In this document: piece after piece, positions 35,675 through 46,662 of the stretch
Position numbering within the stretch: position 1 is the first letter of the stretch
Layout of the letters: each line of letters begins with the position of its first letter
Virus record (IMG/VR): IMGVR_UViG_3300020156_000441
Coordinates: 1-61,037 of that record
Strand: one strand, 5' to 3'
DNA: 61,037 nucleotides
DNA from: a virus
Taxonomy: Duplodnaviria; Caudoviricetes
Made by a program: the position numbers and the translations under genes
Notes under the pieces: model-generated
What the model was told of the DNA's origin: nothing
Seen by the model: the letters and a program-made list of their open reading frames with translations, nothing else
Database searches by the model: none

Positions 35675-38600
35675 ATGGCTGAAGTCGAAGGTCTGTACGT
35701 TCAGCTCGCCGCCGACGACGCCAACCTGCGCCGTGGCTTCGCCTCGGCCGAACAGGCGGCGGCGCGCGCGGAACGGTCCATGGGATCGTCGCTGCGCCGC
35801 ATTGACGCGGCGTTGGCCTGCGTCAACCGCACCACCGAAGGCGTGGTGAAGCGGCTAGACCAACTGGCCGTCGTCGCCGGCATGGGCAGCCTAGGCATGC
35901 TGGCGCAGAAGGCGCTGGCGGCGGCCGACGCCTGGACGCGGGCGGGCAGCAAGATCGCCCTCTACACCAGCTCGGTGCAGGAATCGGCGCAGGTGCAAGA
36001 GCGCCTGTTCCAGGTGGCCCAGCGCACCCGGTCGCAGCTCGAACCCACCGTCGGCCTGTACACCAGCCTCGCCGACTCCGTGCAGCGCTATGGCCGGTCG
36101 CAGGACGAGGCCATCAGGCTGACCGAGACCATCAACAAGACGTTCAAGATCAGCGGCACCGAAGCCGGTGCGGCTGCCGACGCGGTGCGCCAGTTCGCCC
36201 AGGGACTGCAATCCGGCGTGCTGCGCGGCGACGAGTTCAACAGCGTCATCGAGCAATCGCCCCGTCTCGCCAAGGCCCTGGCGGAGGGGCTGCGCGTGCC
36301 GAGGGAGCAGCTCCGCGCGCTGGCCGAGCAGGGGGCGCTCACCGCCGACAAGATCATCGACGCGCTGCTGCGCCAGTCCGTCACCATCGACGCCGAATAC
36401 AAGCGGATGGCCGTCACGGTGGGCGACGCCATGACGGTGCTGGGCACCGCGGCCGAACGCCTCGTCGGCCGGGTGGATCAAGCCACCGGCGTGACGGCGG
36501 CCCTGGCCCGCGGAGCCCTCACGCTGGCGGACAACCTCGACGACGTGGCGACGGCGGCGACAGCGGCCGGTGGGGTGATTGCTTCGGTGTACGTCGCGCG
36601 CGGCTTGAGGGTGGCCACTGCCGCTGTGTGGGAGTTCCTGTCGGGGCAATGGAAGCTGCGCGCTGGATTGTACGAAACGACAGGGCACATCCTGCAACAG
36701 GAAGCTGCCTTGCGGCAGTCCACTGGTGAGGCTCTCAACGCCGCTGCTCGCGACAGGGAGTTGGCCGCCGCGCGGCTGGCGCAGCTCACCACCGACCGTT
36801 CGGCCATGGCCGTACTGCGCGAGCAGGCCGCCCGGCAACGCGAAGCTGCGCAGGCGCAGGTCGAACTGGCCCGTGGCATTCAGACGGCGACGGGCCGGAC
36901 CGCGCAGTACGAAAAGGCGCTGGACAGCCGCAACGCTGCAACGCGGACGCTGATCGCGTACCAGCGTCTGGAACGCGACCTTGATACCCAGATCGCCGCC
37001 GCGCGGCTCGGGCTCGCGGAAACCACCGCCGCCGCCGCCATGGCGGAGGGGGCGCACGCTACCACACTGCAACGCACCTCCCTGTCGGCGACGGTGGCGG
37101 CGAAGTCGATGGCCGTGCTGCGCGGGGCGCTCGACTTCGTCGGTGGGCCGGTGGGGGCGGCACTTTTGGCCCTGGCCGGTGTGGTGGCCGCCTTTGCCTT
37201 GCGCACCACGGAAGCCGAGGCGGCGACGCAGGCTTTCACCACCGCACAGCAGGCCGCGCGCGACGTGGTCAAGGAGCAGGTCACCGACGTGGAGGCCCTG
37301 GCCGGCGAGTACCGCCGCCTGGGCGACGAAATGCGTGCGGTGACGCAGCTCAAGCTGGAAGACGCGCTGGCCAAGCAACGCGACGCCATCAAGGCGGCCC
37401 GGCGGGAGACGGAAACGGCGCTCTACCGCTCGCCCATGCTCGACACGGTGGAGGGCAACCACGGCTCCGATAACCTGCCGTCCGTGCAGCGCTTCGAGCG
37501 GATGGGATTGGCGGCCGAGCAGGTGGAGCGGCTGCGCGCCGCGCTCGACGCCTTCCGCGTCGCCGCCGCCGACGATCCGCAGGCGATCATCGCCCTCGTC
37601 ACCGCGCTGAACGGCATCGGCCGGGAGGCGGGGGCGGCGGGCGGCCCTCTGCTGGAACTGGCCCGCTCCCTGGCCGATCCCGCATCGCGGTCCGAAGACC
37701 TGCGCAAGACGGCGCAGGAACTGGGCGCGCGGCTGGCGCTGCTGAAGGACCCCAGCGACGTTGCGGCCAAGGCCCTGCTCGCTGGCAGCCAGACCGCCGG
37801 CACGGCGGCATCCTCGTTCAGGACCCTGGGCGGGGCCATCGGCGCGGCGGCTAGTAAGCTGGCCGATCTGGCGGAGAAAGCCCGCCTGCTGCGCCTGCCC
37901 GCCGGCTTCGAACGCAAGGTGGCGGAGCTGGCCGGCCCGCCGCCGGTGCCGCAGGTGCCCAACGTCACGGGGTTCCAGGACCGCAGCACCACGCCCGACG
38001 ACAAGGCTTACCAGCGTTACAACCTTGATCAGGAGATAGGGCGCGATCAGCTGCGCCGTCTGGCGGTGGCCGAGGCCGGCGACAAGGCCGAGGAAATCAC
38101 CCGGCAGGCCCAGGCCACGCGCTTGCTGTCCGGAGCGCTGACCGACGCTGCCAAGGCGCACGCGCAGAACCGGATCGAGCTGGCCCGCGCCGCGCTCGAT
38201 TACCCGGAGCTGGGGCAGAAGACCTATGAGACGTTGCTCACCACCCGCGACTTTGGACAGGTGCTGGCGACGCTGCCGCCCGAGCTGCAACGCATGTGGG
38301 CGGCCATGGAGACGGACAGCGCCGCCAAGCTGTCCGGAGACATCGCCCAGGCCACCCAGGCGCTGGAACTCCAGACCGCCGCCGAAGAGCGGTTGGCCGC
38401 CGCCGCCGGCCAGGGCGAGGCCGCCATGCGCCGCGCCCGCATCGAGAATGAGGTGGCAGCATCCGCGCTCAAGGGGTTGGCGGCGCAGACGCGCCTGTAC
38501 CTCGAACAGCAGGAACGCGCCGCGCAGCAGCAGATCCGCGCCGACTTCGCCGGCCAGATCGAACAGGAGGTGGCGGCCAACACCCGCCTCGCCGCCGCCA

Positions 38601-41600
38601 TCCGCACCGGCGTCTCGGCCCGGCGCGACGCGGAGATCCGCAGCAAGGCCGTCGCCCAGGCGATGAAGGAAGTCCCCCCGACCTACGACACGGCGGGGCG
38701 GGCCACGGGGAAGTTCAGCGAGGCCATTGAGCGCAACGTCGCCCTGCTGAAGCGCCAGCAGGCGGCGGCTGATGACGTGGACTTCGCCTCGTACGAGCAG
38801 GAACTCGAACGGGCGGGCAAGGTGCTTGGCCGCCGGCAGGGCCTCGTCGGCGCGCCGGAGGACGTGCGCGCCGCCAGCGAGGCCCGGCAGGACGTACTCG
38901 ACTGGCTGGAGAAGCAGGGCAAGGAGTACGACAAGCTCGACGCGGCCGAACGCCGCCGCGTCGACAACATGATCGCCGTGGCCCAGCGCAACGCGGACAT
39001 CGACCTCGGCATCCGCCGGCAGGAAGACGCGCTGAAGGCGGTGGGCGACGCCGTCGAAAACAGCCTCGTGCGCCCCCTGGAATCGGCCGTTGACGCCATC
39101 GTCAAGGGCGAGGGCGCATCGATCAAGTGGTCGAACGTGCTGAAGGGCATGGGCGCGTCCCTGCTAGGCGACGGGCTGAAGATGGCCGTCCTCAACCCGG
39201 CCCGGAACCTGCTCGGCCTGAACGGCGGCTCCCATGCCCCCACGCTGTTCGACCTGCCGCTGTTCGGCGGCGGGGGCGGCAGCGGGCAGTCGATTGCCAG
39301 CAACGCGCCGGTGGCGCAGGGCGGCAACAGCCTGATGGGCAGCATGAGCAACTGGGCCATCGGCAAGGCCGGGTCCTGGCTGTTCGATCAGGTGTGGCAG
39401 GGCTCGTGGGCGCAGTCCGCCTGGAACAGCATCAGCGGTTCCGCGGCCGAATGGCTGGGGCTCGGTGGCGCCGCCGCCACGCCCGCCGCTGCCGGCGGCT
39501 TGGGGGCCGGGGGCAGCTACGTCTCCGGGCAGGTGGTGAACGGCTTCATCGTCGGCGGCGAGGCCGGCGGTGCGGCGGCGGCCGGTGCCGGGGCGGGGGC
39601 CGGCGGAAGCGGTGCCGGTGCCGGCGCCAGCGCGGGCAGCGCCAGCCTGGGCGCGGTTGGCGGTGTCGGTCTCGGGGCGGCCGGCCTGGGCTATGCCTGG
39701 GGCGGGTACTGGGGCACGAAGGCCAACAGCAAGGCCGTGGGCGCCCTGCACGGTGCCGGTGCCGGTGCCCTCTACGGCACGATGATGCTGCCCGGCATCG
39801 GCACCATCGTTGGCGCCATCGTCGGTGCCATCGCCGGCATGCTCGGCACCCAGAAGAAAGCCACCCAGTATGGTGGCGGCTGGATCGACACCGACGACAC
39901 CGGCACCATCACGAAGTCGGACTCCGGCGGCGAGAACGGAATCGACGGCAACGACCTGCTGAACCGGGCCAAGGCCGTCAACGAGGTGCTGGCGACCGTC
40001 AACAAGAACGCCGGCATCTCCTACGGCGCCCTGCGCATCTCGACGGAGTACCACGAGGAAAAGGGGCACTCGACGCTCATCGGCGGGTGGGAGGGCCAGA
40101 AGGTCTCGTCGGCCGAGCAGCCGGGCATGATCGCGCTGGATATCCTGCGGGCCTTCGCCAAGGACGACAAGCTGGCCGCCCGGTACAATTTCCAGGCGCC
40201 GGAGGTGGTGCTCAAGGCCCTGCGCAGCATGGGCGCGGTGGATCAGGAGACGGGCGCCAAGATCCTGGCCGTCGCCGCCGCCATCGACAAGGGGAACACG
40301 GCGCTCGACTCCTACATCCGCTCCCTGTCCGGCGTGACCAAGGCGGCGCGCCAGTCGATCGAAGACAACCTGGAACCGCTGAAGGACGATCTGGAGCTTG
40401 CCCGCAAGGGTGGCATCGAAACGGAGTGGAAGGATCTGATCACCCGTCAGTTCCGTGCCGTGTGGAGCACCGCCACGTCGAGCTTCACCGAGGTCGAGAC
40501 GGCCCTTGCCGAACTGGACGGGGCGTTCGAGGCTTACGGCAAGTCAATCAAGGAGCTGAACCTTGCGATCACCGATGCCGAGCTGACGGCGGCCAAGGCC
40601 GCGCAGGTCGCCCGTATGCGCGCCGATTACGCGCGGCAGCAGGGCGCCCAGCTCAACAGCGCGCGCGGGACCGGCTACCTCAACGAGGTGGATGGCATCA
40701 CCGAGGGCTACCGCACCGAGCTGCGCAACGTGGCGGCGCTGTACGGCGGAACGTCGGAGGCGGCCCTGCGCGCCGCCAACGCCAACGAGCTGTACAACCG
40801 TTCGCTCTGGACCTTCGTCGCCCAGCTCGACCGCTCGCAGCTCAGCAAGGTTCTGGAGCAGTACGGCGACAGCGTGGTGGGGCTGGCCGACACCATCGCC
40901 TATGCCTCGACGGTCATGGAGGCCCGCGACGGGGCCGCCCGCGCCGATGCGGTGCGGCGCGCCTATCTGGGTCTGCGCGGGCGGCTGCACGCCAACGACG
41001 ACACGCCGGGCGCGGCGCAGTCGCTGCTGAACGCGGGCCTGAACCCCCGCGACTTCCCCGAGATGACGGCGACGCTGAACGCCGGGTACTACAGCAAGGT
41101 GGCGGCGGGCACGGCATCGGCCGGCGACCTCGTGGACGCCTACGACCGCATCACCAAGGCTTTCAACAACAACCGGTTCAGCGCCGAGCAGTACGCCCAG
41201 CTGTTGGGCGACCTCGACCGCGCGTTCGAGGCGACGGCCCAGCGTATGGCGAACGCCGCGCAGCTCGTGGGGCGCGTCGATTCCTTCCTGCGCCAGATGG
41301 ACACCGATGAATACTCGGTGCTGGCCCCCGATCAGCAGCTTGCCGCCGCCGCCTCGCAGTTCCGCGACCTGCTGGGCAAGGTGAAGGGCGGCGATGCCAG
41401 CCTGACGGACGAGCTGTTCCGCGTCGCCCAGGTGTACCGGGAACTGGCGCGCCGCGACTTCGCCACCAGCGACGGGCCGGACGCTGCCAACCGCATCGGT
41501 GCCGGGGCCATCGACGCGGAGATCCGCGCCGGCCTCGCCGGGCTGAAGAGCGAGGCGCAGCAGCAGCTCGCCGCCGCGCAGCAGCAGCTGTCCCTCATCC

Positions 41601-42409
41601 AGGATCAGGCCAACACGCTGTCCCGCATCAACGCCACCATCGGCCGGGCGCGGGACGATCAGGTGTCGTGGCTGTCCAGGCTGCATGCCCTGCAAAGCGA
41701 CCTGAACACCAAGCTGGAAAAGGGCTTCGGGCGGGATCTGCGCGACTATGGGGGCAACCCGGTGCTCAACCGGATGCTGGCCGCCGCGCTGCCGCAGTAC
41801 ACCGGCGGGTTCGCGCCGGGCGAGTTCGAAGCGTGGGTGGCATCGCAGAACGTCAGCGTCAGCAAGGTCAACCCGTCCTTCCCCCACCTCAACCAGATCC
41901 TCACGCTGTTGGGCGCCGACCCCACCGGCTTCGGGAAGGGCACCTGGGGCGCCCCGTTCAGCTCCATGGGGGAAACCTGGCAGAAGGTCGCCGCGCGCGA
42001 GATCCTCAAGCTGCACGGCTACGTCCCTGGCTTCGCGGAGGGTGGGCAGCACACCGGCGGTCTCCGCCTCGTCGGTGAGAAGGGGCCGGAACTGGAGGTG
42101 ACGGGGCCGGCCCGCTATTGGTCCGCCGCACAGACGGCGCGGATGCTGGCCGCCGCCAACGACCGGCTGCCGTCCAACGTGGTGCTGTTCCGCCCGCCGT
42201 CCCTGTCGCCGGGCGGCGATGCGGCGGCCGTGGTGGTCGCCGTCAACCGGGTGGCGGATCGCCTCGACGCCGTGCTCTCCGCCCTGCACGAGGTGGAGGC
42301 CGATGCCCAGGAACAGCGCGCGCGCATCGCGGCCGACACCAGCCAGCGCCTGGGTGAGCTGAAGTCGGAAGTCGAGGAACTGCCGCGCCGTCTTGCGGGG
42401 GCCATGTGA
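35675..42409 (+). CDS. Tape measure protein (2244 aa)
   Basis: QFAQGLQSGVLRGDEFNS tape-measure motif; Ala-rich helical body; C-terminal GFAEGG...LVGEKGPELE. Confidence 0.92.
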   Translation: MAEVEGLYVQLAADDANLRRGFASAEQAAARAERSMGSSLRRIDAALACVNRTTEGVVKRLDQLAVVAGMGSLGMLAQKALAAADAWTRAGSKIALYTSSVQESAQVQERLFQVAQRTRSQLEPTVGLYTSLADSVQRYGRSQDEAIRLTETINKTFKISGTEAGAAADAVRQFAQGLQSGVLRGDEFNSVIEQSPRLAKALAEGLRVPREQLRALAEQGALTADKIIDALLRQSVTIDAEYKRMAVTVGDAMTVLGTAAERLVGRVDQATGVTAALARGALTLADNLDDVATAATAAGGVIASVYVARGLRVATAAVWEFLSGQWKLRAGLYETTGHILQQEAALRQSTGEALNAAARDRELAAARLAQLTTDRSAMAVLREQAARQREAAQAQVELARGIQTATGRTAQYEKALDSRNAATRTLIAYQRLERDLDTQIAAARLGLAETTAAAAMAEGAHATTLQRTSLSATVAAKSMAVLRGALDFVGGPVGAALLALAGVVAAFALRTTEAEAATQAFTTAQQAARDVVKEQVTDVEALAGEYRRLGDEMRAVTQLKLEDALAKQRDAIKAARRETETALYRSPMLDTVEGNHGSDNLPSVQRFERMGLAAEQVERLRAALDAFRVAAADDPQAIIALVTALNGIGREAGAAGGPLLELARSLADPASRSEDLRKTAQELGARLALLKDPSDVAAKALLAGSQTAGTAASSFRTLGGAIGAAASKLADLAEKARLLRLPAGFERKVAELAGPPPVPQVPNVTGFQDRSTTPDDKAYQRYNLDQEIGRDQLRRLAVAEAGDKAEEITRQAQATRLLSGALTDAAKAHAQNRIELARAALDYPELGQKTYETLLTTRDFGQVLATLPPELQRMWAAMETDSAAKLSGDIAQATQALELQTAAEERLAAAAGQGEAAMRRARIENEVAASALKGLAAQTRLYLEQQERAAQQQIRADFAGQIEQEVAANTRLAAAIRTGVSARRDAEIRSKAVAQAMKEVPPTYDTAGRATGKFSEAIERNVALLKRQQAAADDVDFASYEQELERAGKVLGRRQGLVGAPEDVRAASEARQDVLDWLEKQGKEYDKLDAAERRRVDNMIAVAQRNADIDLGIRRQEDALKAVGDAVENSLVRPLESAVDAIVKGEGASIKWSNVLKGMGASLLGDGLKMAVLNPARNLLGLNGGSHAPTLFDLPLFGGGGGSGQSIASNAPVAQGGNSLMGSMSNWAIGKAGSWLFDQVWQGSWAQSAWNSISGSAAEWLGLGGAAATPAAAGGLGAGGSYVSGQVVNGFIVGGEAGGAAAAGAGAGAGGSGAGAGASAGSASLGAVGGVGLGAAGLGYAWGGYWGTKANSKAVGALHGAGAGALYGTMMLPGIGTIVGAIVGAIAGMLGTQKKATQYGGGWIDTDDTGTITKSDSGGENGIDGNDLLNRAKAVNEVLATVNKNAGISYGALRISTEYHEEKGHSTLIGGWEGQKVSSAEQPGMIALDILRAFAKDDKLAARYNFQAPEVVLKALRSMGAVDQETGAKILAVAAAIDKGNTALDSYIRSLSGVTKAARQSIEDNLEPLKDDLELARKGGIETEWKDLITRQFRAVWSTATSSFTEVETALAELDGAFEAYGKSIKELNLAITDAELTAAKAAQVARMRADYARQQGAQLNSARGTGYLNEVDGITEGYRTELRNVAALYGGTSEAALRAANANELYNRSLWTFVAQLDRSQLSKVLEQYGDSVVGLADTIAYASTVMEARDGAARADAVRRAYLGLRGRLHANDDTPGAAQSLLNAGLNPRDFPEMTATLNAGYYSKVAAGTASAGDLVDAYDRITKAFNNNRFSAEQYAQLLGDLDRAFEATAQRMANAAQLVGRVDSFLRQMDTDEYSVLAPDQQLAAAASQFRDLLGKVKGGDASLTDELFRVAQVYRELARRDFATSDGPDAANRIGAGAIDAEIRAGLAGLKSEAQQQLAAAQQQLSLIQDQANTLSRINATIGRARDDQVSWLSRLHALQSDLNTKLEKGFGRDLRDYGGNPVLNRMLAAALPQYTGGFAPGEFEAWVASQNVSVSKVNPSFPHLNQILTLLGADPTGFGKGTWGAPFSSMGETWQKVAAREILKLHGYVPGFAEGGQHTGGLRLVGEKGPELEVTGPARYWSAAQTARMLAAANDRLPSNVVLFRPPSLSPGGDAAAVVVAVNRVADRLDAVLSALHEVEADAQEQRARIAADTSQRLGELKSEVEELPRRLAGAM

Positions 42410-44055
42410 TGCGCATCCACCTGTTCGAACTGGACGCCCACCACAAGCCCAGCGGGCACCTGCACCGCTGGCATCTGGCGACCGCGCCCGGCTACCGCTC
42501 GCGCAGCGACGACACGCCGCCATCCGTCGCGTGGCTGCCGCTCGTCGCGCAGTGGGCGTCGGTCGCCGTGCAGGCGTCCGGCTCGCGCGCCGGGCGGGCC
42601 GGGGCCGATGATCTGCGCCTGATCAACGTCCGCACGGCGGATGACCTGCCGCGCTGGGCGAACGTCTACGACCTGACGGCTGCAGCCTGGATCCGCGTCC
42701 AGCTGGGGGAACGCCCGCTCAACCCGTTGCTGACCGACTACGTGGTGCGGCGCGTCGTGGAAAAGGAGGTGGAGGCGGGGGCTCCCTATGCCACCGCTGT
42801 GACGGTGTGGCAGGCCAGGGCCGGCTTCGTCCAGCCGGACCGCTCCGAGATCCGCATTCCGGTCTACGACCGGCAGCGGGACTTCGACGTGCCGGTGTTG
42901 CCCTCCACCGTCACCTATGCCGGCACGGGCGGGCTCGAAGGTCCGGCCGAGCTGAAGAACGTGACCAAAGAGCGGTGCATCGGCTGGGTGCCCATCTGCG
43001 CGCCCACCTATCTGGGCGTCGTCGCGGGCAAGCACACCTATTCGGTCAACGGTGGCCGGCCCATTCATGCCATCGTGCGCGCCTGGGACAGCGCCGCCCC
43101 CTATCTGCCCGTCGCCGGCACGCCCGCGGCCACGGGCGAATACGCCGTAAACCTCGCGACCGGCATCATCACCGTGGGTGGCAGCAAGCCGCTCGACTTC
43201 CGCTGCGAGGTGCAGGGCGACGCGCCGGGCGGCATCTGGAACCGCTACATCGGCGCGGTGATCGCGCAGCTCGCGATGGAAGCCGAACTGGCCTCGACGG
43301 TGGACGTGTCGGGCATGGACGCCGTGCCCCGCACCGTGGGCGTCTATCTGCCGGCCGGCGACACCACCACGCACCGGGCGCTGTATGACCGGCTCGTTGG
43401 CTCCGTGGCGCGCGGTCGCTGGTACATGGGCCTCGACGATGGACAGCTCGTCGTCACGCGGCTGCCCAGGCCGTCCACGGCTCTGCCGGTGCGCACCTAC
43501 CGGCTTGCGCTGGGCGACACGCCGGGGCTGAAGCCGCTGTCCGTCAGCAGTCTGACGCCGGCCCGGCAGGCGGTGGTGCGCTATGCCGAGAACCCGAGCC
43601 CGGCCACCTCCACCGCCACCACGGCGACGGCGGCCGACGTGGCATTGTGGACCACGCGGTGGCGCGCCGCCGCGTCTGCCGACGATGCGGCCTTGGCCGC
43701 CGCCTGGGGCAATTCGGCCAAGGTCGAATATCCCGAAACGGCGCTGACGCTGGCAGCCGACGCGGAGGCGGAAGCGCCGCTGTGGGCGGCCGAACTGGGC
43801 GACCCGCCGCGCCCGTACGAACTGAAGGTGCGCGACGGTGCCCCCGGTCTGTGGATCGGTGACGCGGTCATGGTGGAAGACAACGTGGCCGGGTTCGAAG
43901 ACGGCGACGTGGTGGTGATCACCGGCCGGACCAACAAAGACAGAGGTGGCGGCGCCACCCTTTACGTCGAGGCGCAGACGACTGAGCCGCGCCTGCTGAC
44001 CGAAGACGGCTTCTTCCTCACCACCGAAGACGACGACTTCCTGATTGTGGGGTGA
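42406..44055 (+). CDS. Tail tip / baseplate hub-like protein
   Basis: Follows the tape measure; YAGTGGLEG motif; C-terminal LLTEDG motif. Confidence 0.65.
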   Translation: MMRIHLFELDAHHKPSGHLHRWHLATAPGYRSRSDDTPPSVAWLPLVAQWASVAVQASGSRAGRAGADDLRLINVRTADDLPRWANVYDLTAAAWIRVQLGERPLNPLLTDYVVRRVVEKEVEAGAPYATAVTVWQARAGFVQPDRSEIRIPVYDRQRDFDVPVLPSTVTYAGTGGLEGPAELKNVTKERCIGWVPICAPTYLGVVAGKHTYSVNGGRPIHAIVRAWDSAAPYLPVAGTPAATGEYAVNLATGIITVGGSKPLDFRCEVQGDAPGGIWNRYIGAVIAQLAMEAELASTVDVSGMDAVPRTVGVYLPAGDTTTHRALYDRLVGSVARGRWYMGLDDGQLVVTRLPRPSTALPVRTYRLALGDTPGLKPLSVSSLTPARQAVVRYAENPSPATSTATTATAADVALWTTRWRAAASADDAALAAAWGNSAKVEYPETALTLAADAEAEAPLWAAELGDPPRPYELKVRDGAPGLWIGDAVMVEDNVAGFEDGDVVVITGRTNKDRGGGATLYVEAQTTEPRLLTEDGFFLTTEDDDFLIVG

Positions 44056-44058
44056 TCC

Positions 44059-44469
44059 ATGCTGAAGCGAATTTCGGACCTCCCGGCGGCCACGTCGGTG
44101 GGGGCGGGAGACCTGTTGCTGCTCGTCCAGGGCGGCACCGCCAAGCGCGTGACGGCGGAGGTCCTGGGCGTGGTCCGGCCCGGCACCATCGAGACCTTCG
44201 CGGCCGGCTCGGTGCCGGCAGGCCGTCTCGAATGCGACGGCTCCGCTGTGCCGCGCTCCACCTTCGCGGCCCTCTTCGCGGCCATCGGCACGACCTGGGG
44301 GGCGGGCGACGGCACCACGACCTTCACCCTTCCCCACTTCCGCCGCCGCACGATCCCGGTGCCGGCCGGCACGGCCACCATCGCCGCCGGAGCGCCGCAG
44401 CCTGACGGCGGGGCGGACATTCCCGTGACGGTCCCGGTTGCGACCATCGTCACCACCATCAAGACCTGA
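44059..44469 (+). CDS. Tail collar domain protein
   Basis: KRISDLPAA N-terminus; PAGRLECDGS...FAALFAAIGTTWGAGDGTTTFTLP. Confidence 0.85.
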   Translation: MLKRISDLPAATSVGAGDLLLLVQGGTAKRVTAEVLGVVRPGTIETFAAGSVPAGRLECDGSAVPRSTFAALFAAIGTTWGAGDGTTTFTLPHFRRRTIPVPAGTATIAAGAPQPDGGADIPVTVPVATIVTTIKT

Positions 44470-44486
44470 TCGGCGGGGGTATCGCG

Positions 44487-45383
44487 ATGGGTATGGGCTA
44501 TCTGGCCGATCAGAACGAGTTGGTGTTGAGCGCCTGCGAAATCACCAGCAACGTCGCCTTCGCCGCGACGGCGCCGCTGGAATCGCTGCGTACCACGCCG
44601 CTGATCGACCCGGCGGTGTCCGCCGTGGTGGGGACCGAAGACGAGCCGGTGGTGATTGAGGTGGAGTACGAGCACCCCATCGACCTCACCTACGCCGGCC
44701 TGTTCGACACCAACCTGCGGCAGGAAGCCTACTATCGGTTCGAGGCGTTCGCCGATGCCGGGCGGACCGAGCGCCTGTTCACCACCACCGACGCGAGCGG
44801 CCTGGAACGCAACGTGGTTCCCCCGCTCACCGATCCGGAGCTGATGCGGGCCGGCGCGCCCAACCAGATGCGCGGCGACCTTCCGCCCCGTGACTTCATG
44901 CTGCTGCCCACGAACCTGCACGTCACCGTGCCGCTGTGCCCGGCGCTGGTGCTGCGATGGACCCTGTGGGGCCGGGCCTACCGTCCCGACGACAGCGACG
45001 ACAGCGGGTACAGCGTCGGGCTGGCCTGGGCCGGCGACGGGCTTCCCATCTCCCGCCACGTCGGCGGCTCCGGCGACGGCGTGAAAGACGGGGACGAGGT
45101 GATCACCACGCCCGGCGGTGGGGTGTGGGTGGAGCCGGGCATTCCGCGGCGCGTGGCGCTGATCGACCGGACGGCGACCGACCTGCACCTGCGGGACGAG
45201 ATTTTCAAGCTCGTGCTGCGTGGCGGGAAGCGCAAGCCGCTGGTGTGGCTGCCCGACATGGACAGCCCGGCCGACTGCTTCCTCTATGGCGGCCTGTACC
45301 GCCGGGCCGGCGACTACCAGCACAAGTTCATCTCCCGCCGGTACGTCTCCAACTCGCTCGACCTGGAGGAATGGAAGGAATGA
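44487..45383 (+). CDS. Tail structural protein
   Basis: In the tail operon, beta-rich, coupled to the next gene. Confidence 0.6.
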   Translation: MGMGYLADQNELVLSACEITSNVAFAATAPLESLRTTPLIDPAVSAVVGTEDEPVVIEVEYEHPIDLTYAGLFDTNLRQEAYYRFEAFADAGRTERLFTTTDASGLERNVVPPLTDPELMRAGAPNQMRGDLPPRDFMLLPTNLHVTVPLCPALVLRWTLWGRAYRPDDSDDSGYSVGLAWAGDGLPISRHVGGSGDGVKDGDEVITTPGGGVWVEPGIPRRVALIDRTATDLHLRDEIFKLVLRGGKRKPLVWLPDMDSPADCFLYGGLYRRAGDYQHKFISRRYVSNSLDLEEWKE

Positions 45384-46315
45384 CAGAACTGTCCGAAGCC
45401 CTAGACCGGCTGAACCAATACAACCTTGGTGTCTATTCGGTGACGGTCAACCCCTATGGCCTGTCGGGCGTCGGTGGCATGGCCGCCAATTGGCGCCGTC
45501 ACAGCCAGGACTTGAGAACGGTTGGGCTGGCGGTGGCGCAGGCTGCCGGCTCCGTGGGCCTGGGCGTGCGGTACGCCTGGGACGCCAGCACCACCGATGC
45601 CGATCCGGGCGCGGGCGAGATCCGCATCAACACGCTGACCTCCGGTTCGGCGACCTGGATCTACGCCAGCACGAGCGATGCTGGCGGCACGGACGTGTCG
45701 GCGCTGTTGGCCGCCATGGATGACAGCACGAACCCCACGATCAAGGCGTTCCTGATCCTCCGTCATGTGACCGACCCGGACCGGTGGGCCATCCTGGCGT
45801 TGACAGGGGCCGTGGTGTCGGTGGCCGGTTACCGCAAGCTGCCCGTGTCCTTCGTCTGCGGTCCTGGTGGGTTCGTGGCCGGGGAAACCGTGTCGCTGGG
45901 CTTCGTGCCGGTGGGCAACATGGGCGCGACCGGCGCCACGGGCGGCCTCGTCGGCGGCAACCTTACCGGGGCGCTGAACGAAACCGCCGTCACCCTCGCG
46001 AGCGCCGCCACCACCGACCTGGGCGCGGCGGCCGGCAATGCGGTGCGGATCACCGGCACCGCGACCATCACGGCGCTGGGGACGGCGCAGAACGGGGCGC
46101 GCCGCACCGTCACGTTCCTGGACGCCCTGACCCTCACCCACAACGCCGCCAGCCTGATCCTGCCCGGCGGGGCGAGCATCGCCACCGCGGCCGGCGACAC
46201 GGCGGTGTTCGAGAGCTTGGGAGGCGGCAACTGGCGGTGCACCGCCTACACCGTCGCCAGCGTCGCCCCCGGCTCCGGCGGCACCTCCCTGACCCGTCAC
46301 TTCCTCTCGATGTGA
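45380..46315 (+). CDS. Tail fibre protein
   Basis: TTDADPGAG; short collagen-like GNMGATGATG; LASAATTDLG...ITGTATITALG...LTHNAASLILPGG. Confidence 0.7.
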   Translation: MTELSEALDRLNQYNLGVYSVTVNPYGLSGVGGMAANWRRHSQDLRTVGLAVAQAAGSVGLGVRYAWDASTTDADPGAGEIRINTLTSGSATWIYASTSDAGGTDVSALLAAMDDSTNPTIKAFLILRHVTDPDRWAILALTGAVVSVAGYRKLPVSFVCGPGGFVAGETVSLGFVPVGNMGATGATGGLVGGNLTGALNETAVTLASAATTDLGAAAGNAVRITGTATITALGTAQNGARRTVTFLDALTLTHNAASLILPGGASIATAAGDTAVFESLGGGNWRCTAYTVASVAPGSGGTSLTRHFLSM

Positions 46316-46324
46316 GAACCCACC

Positions 46325-46660
46325 ATGGCCGAAACTCCGAACCGCATTCACGCCCAGCTGGGCACCGGCGCCATCACGGATGCCGGCTCCGTACTCGCCA
46401 CGTTCACGGCGCCCAAGACCACGGTGCAGCTGCTCATCAACCATGTCGAAGGCACCACCGCCTGCAACATCGACCTCGCCCTCGACGTGGGCGGCTCGGG
46501 TGCCACGCTGCGCCGGGTGGTGCCGAAAGATTACCTGCTGGAACCGAAGAACGGCATCACGCATGTGACCTTCATCGCGCTTGCCGGAGACAAGCTGCGC
46601 GGCCGGGCCAGTGCTCCGACCTCCGTGGACGTGTACGGCAACACCGTCGAGAGCACCTGA
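46325..46660 (+). CDS. Hypothetical tail-associated protein
   Basis: Small beta-rich ORF within the fibre module. Confidence 0.6.
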   Translation: MAETPNRIHAQLGTGAITDAGSVLATFTAPKTTVQLLINHVEGTTACNIDLALDVGGSGATLRRVVPKDYLLEPKNGITHVTFIALAGDKLRGRASAPTSVDVYGNTVEST

Positions 46661-46662
46661 TC

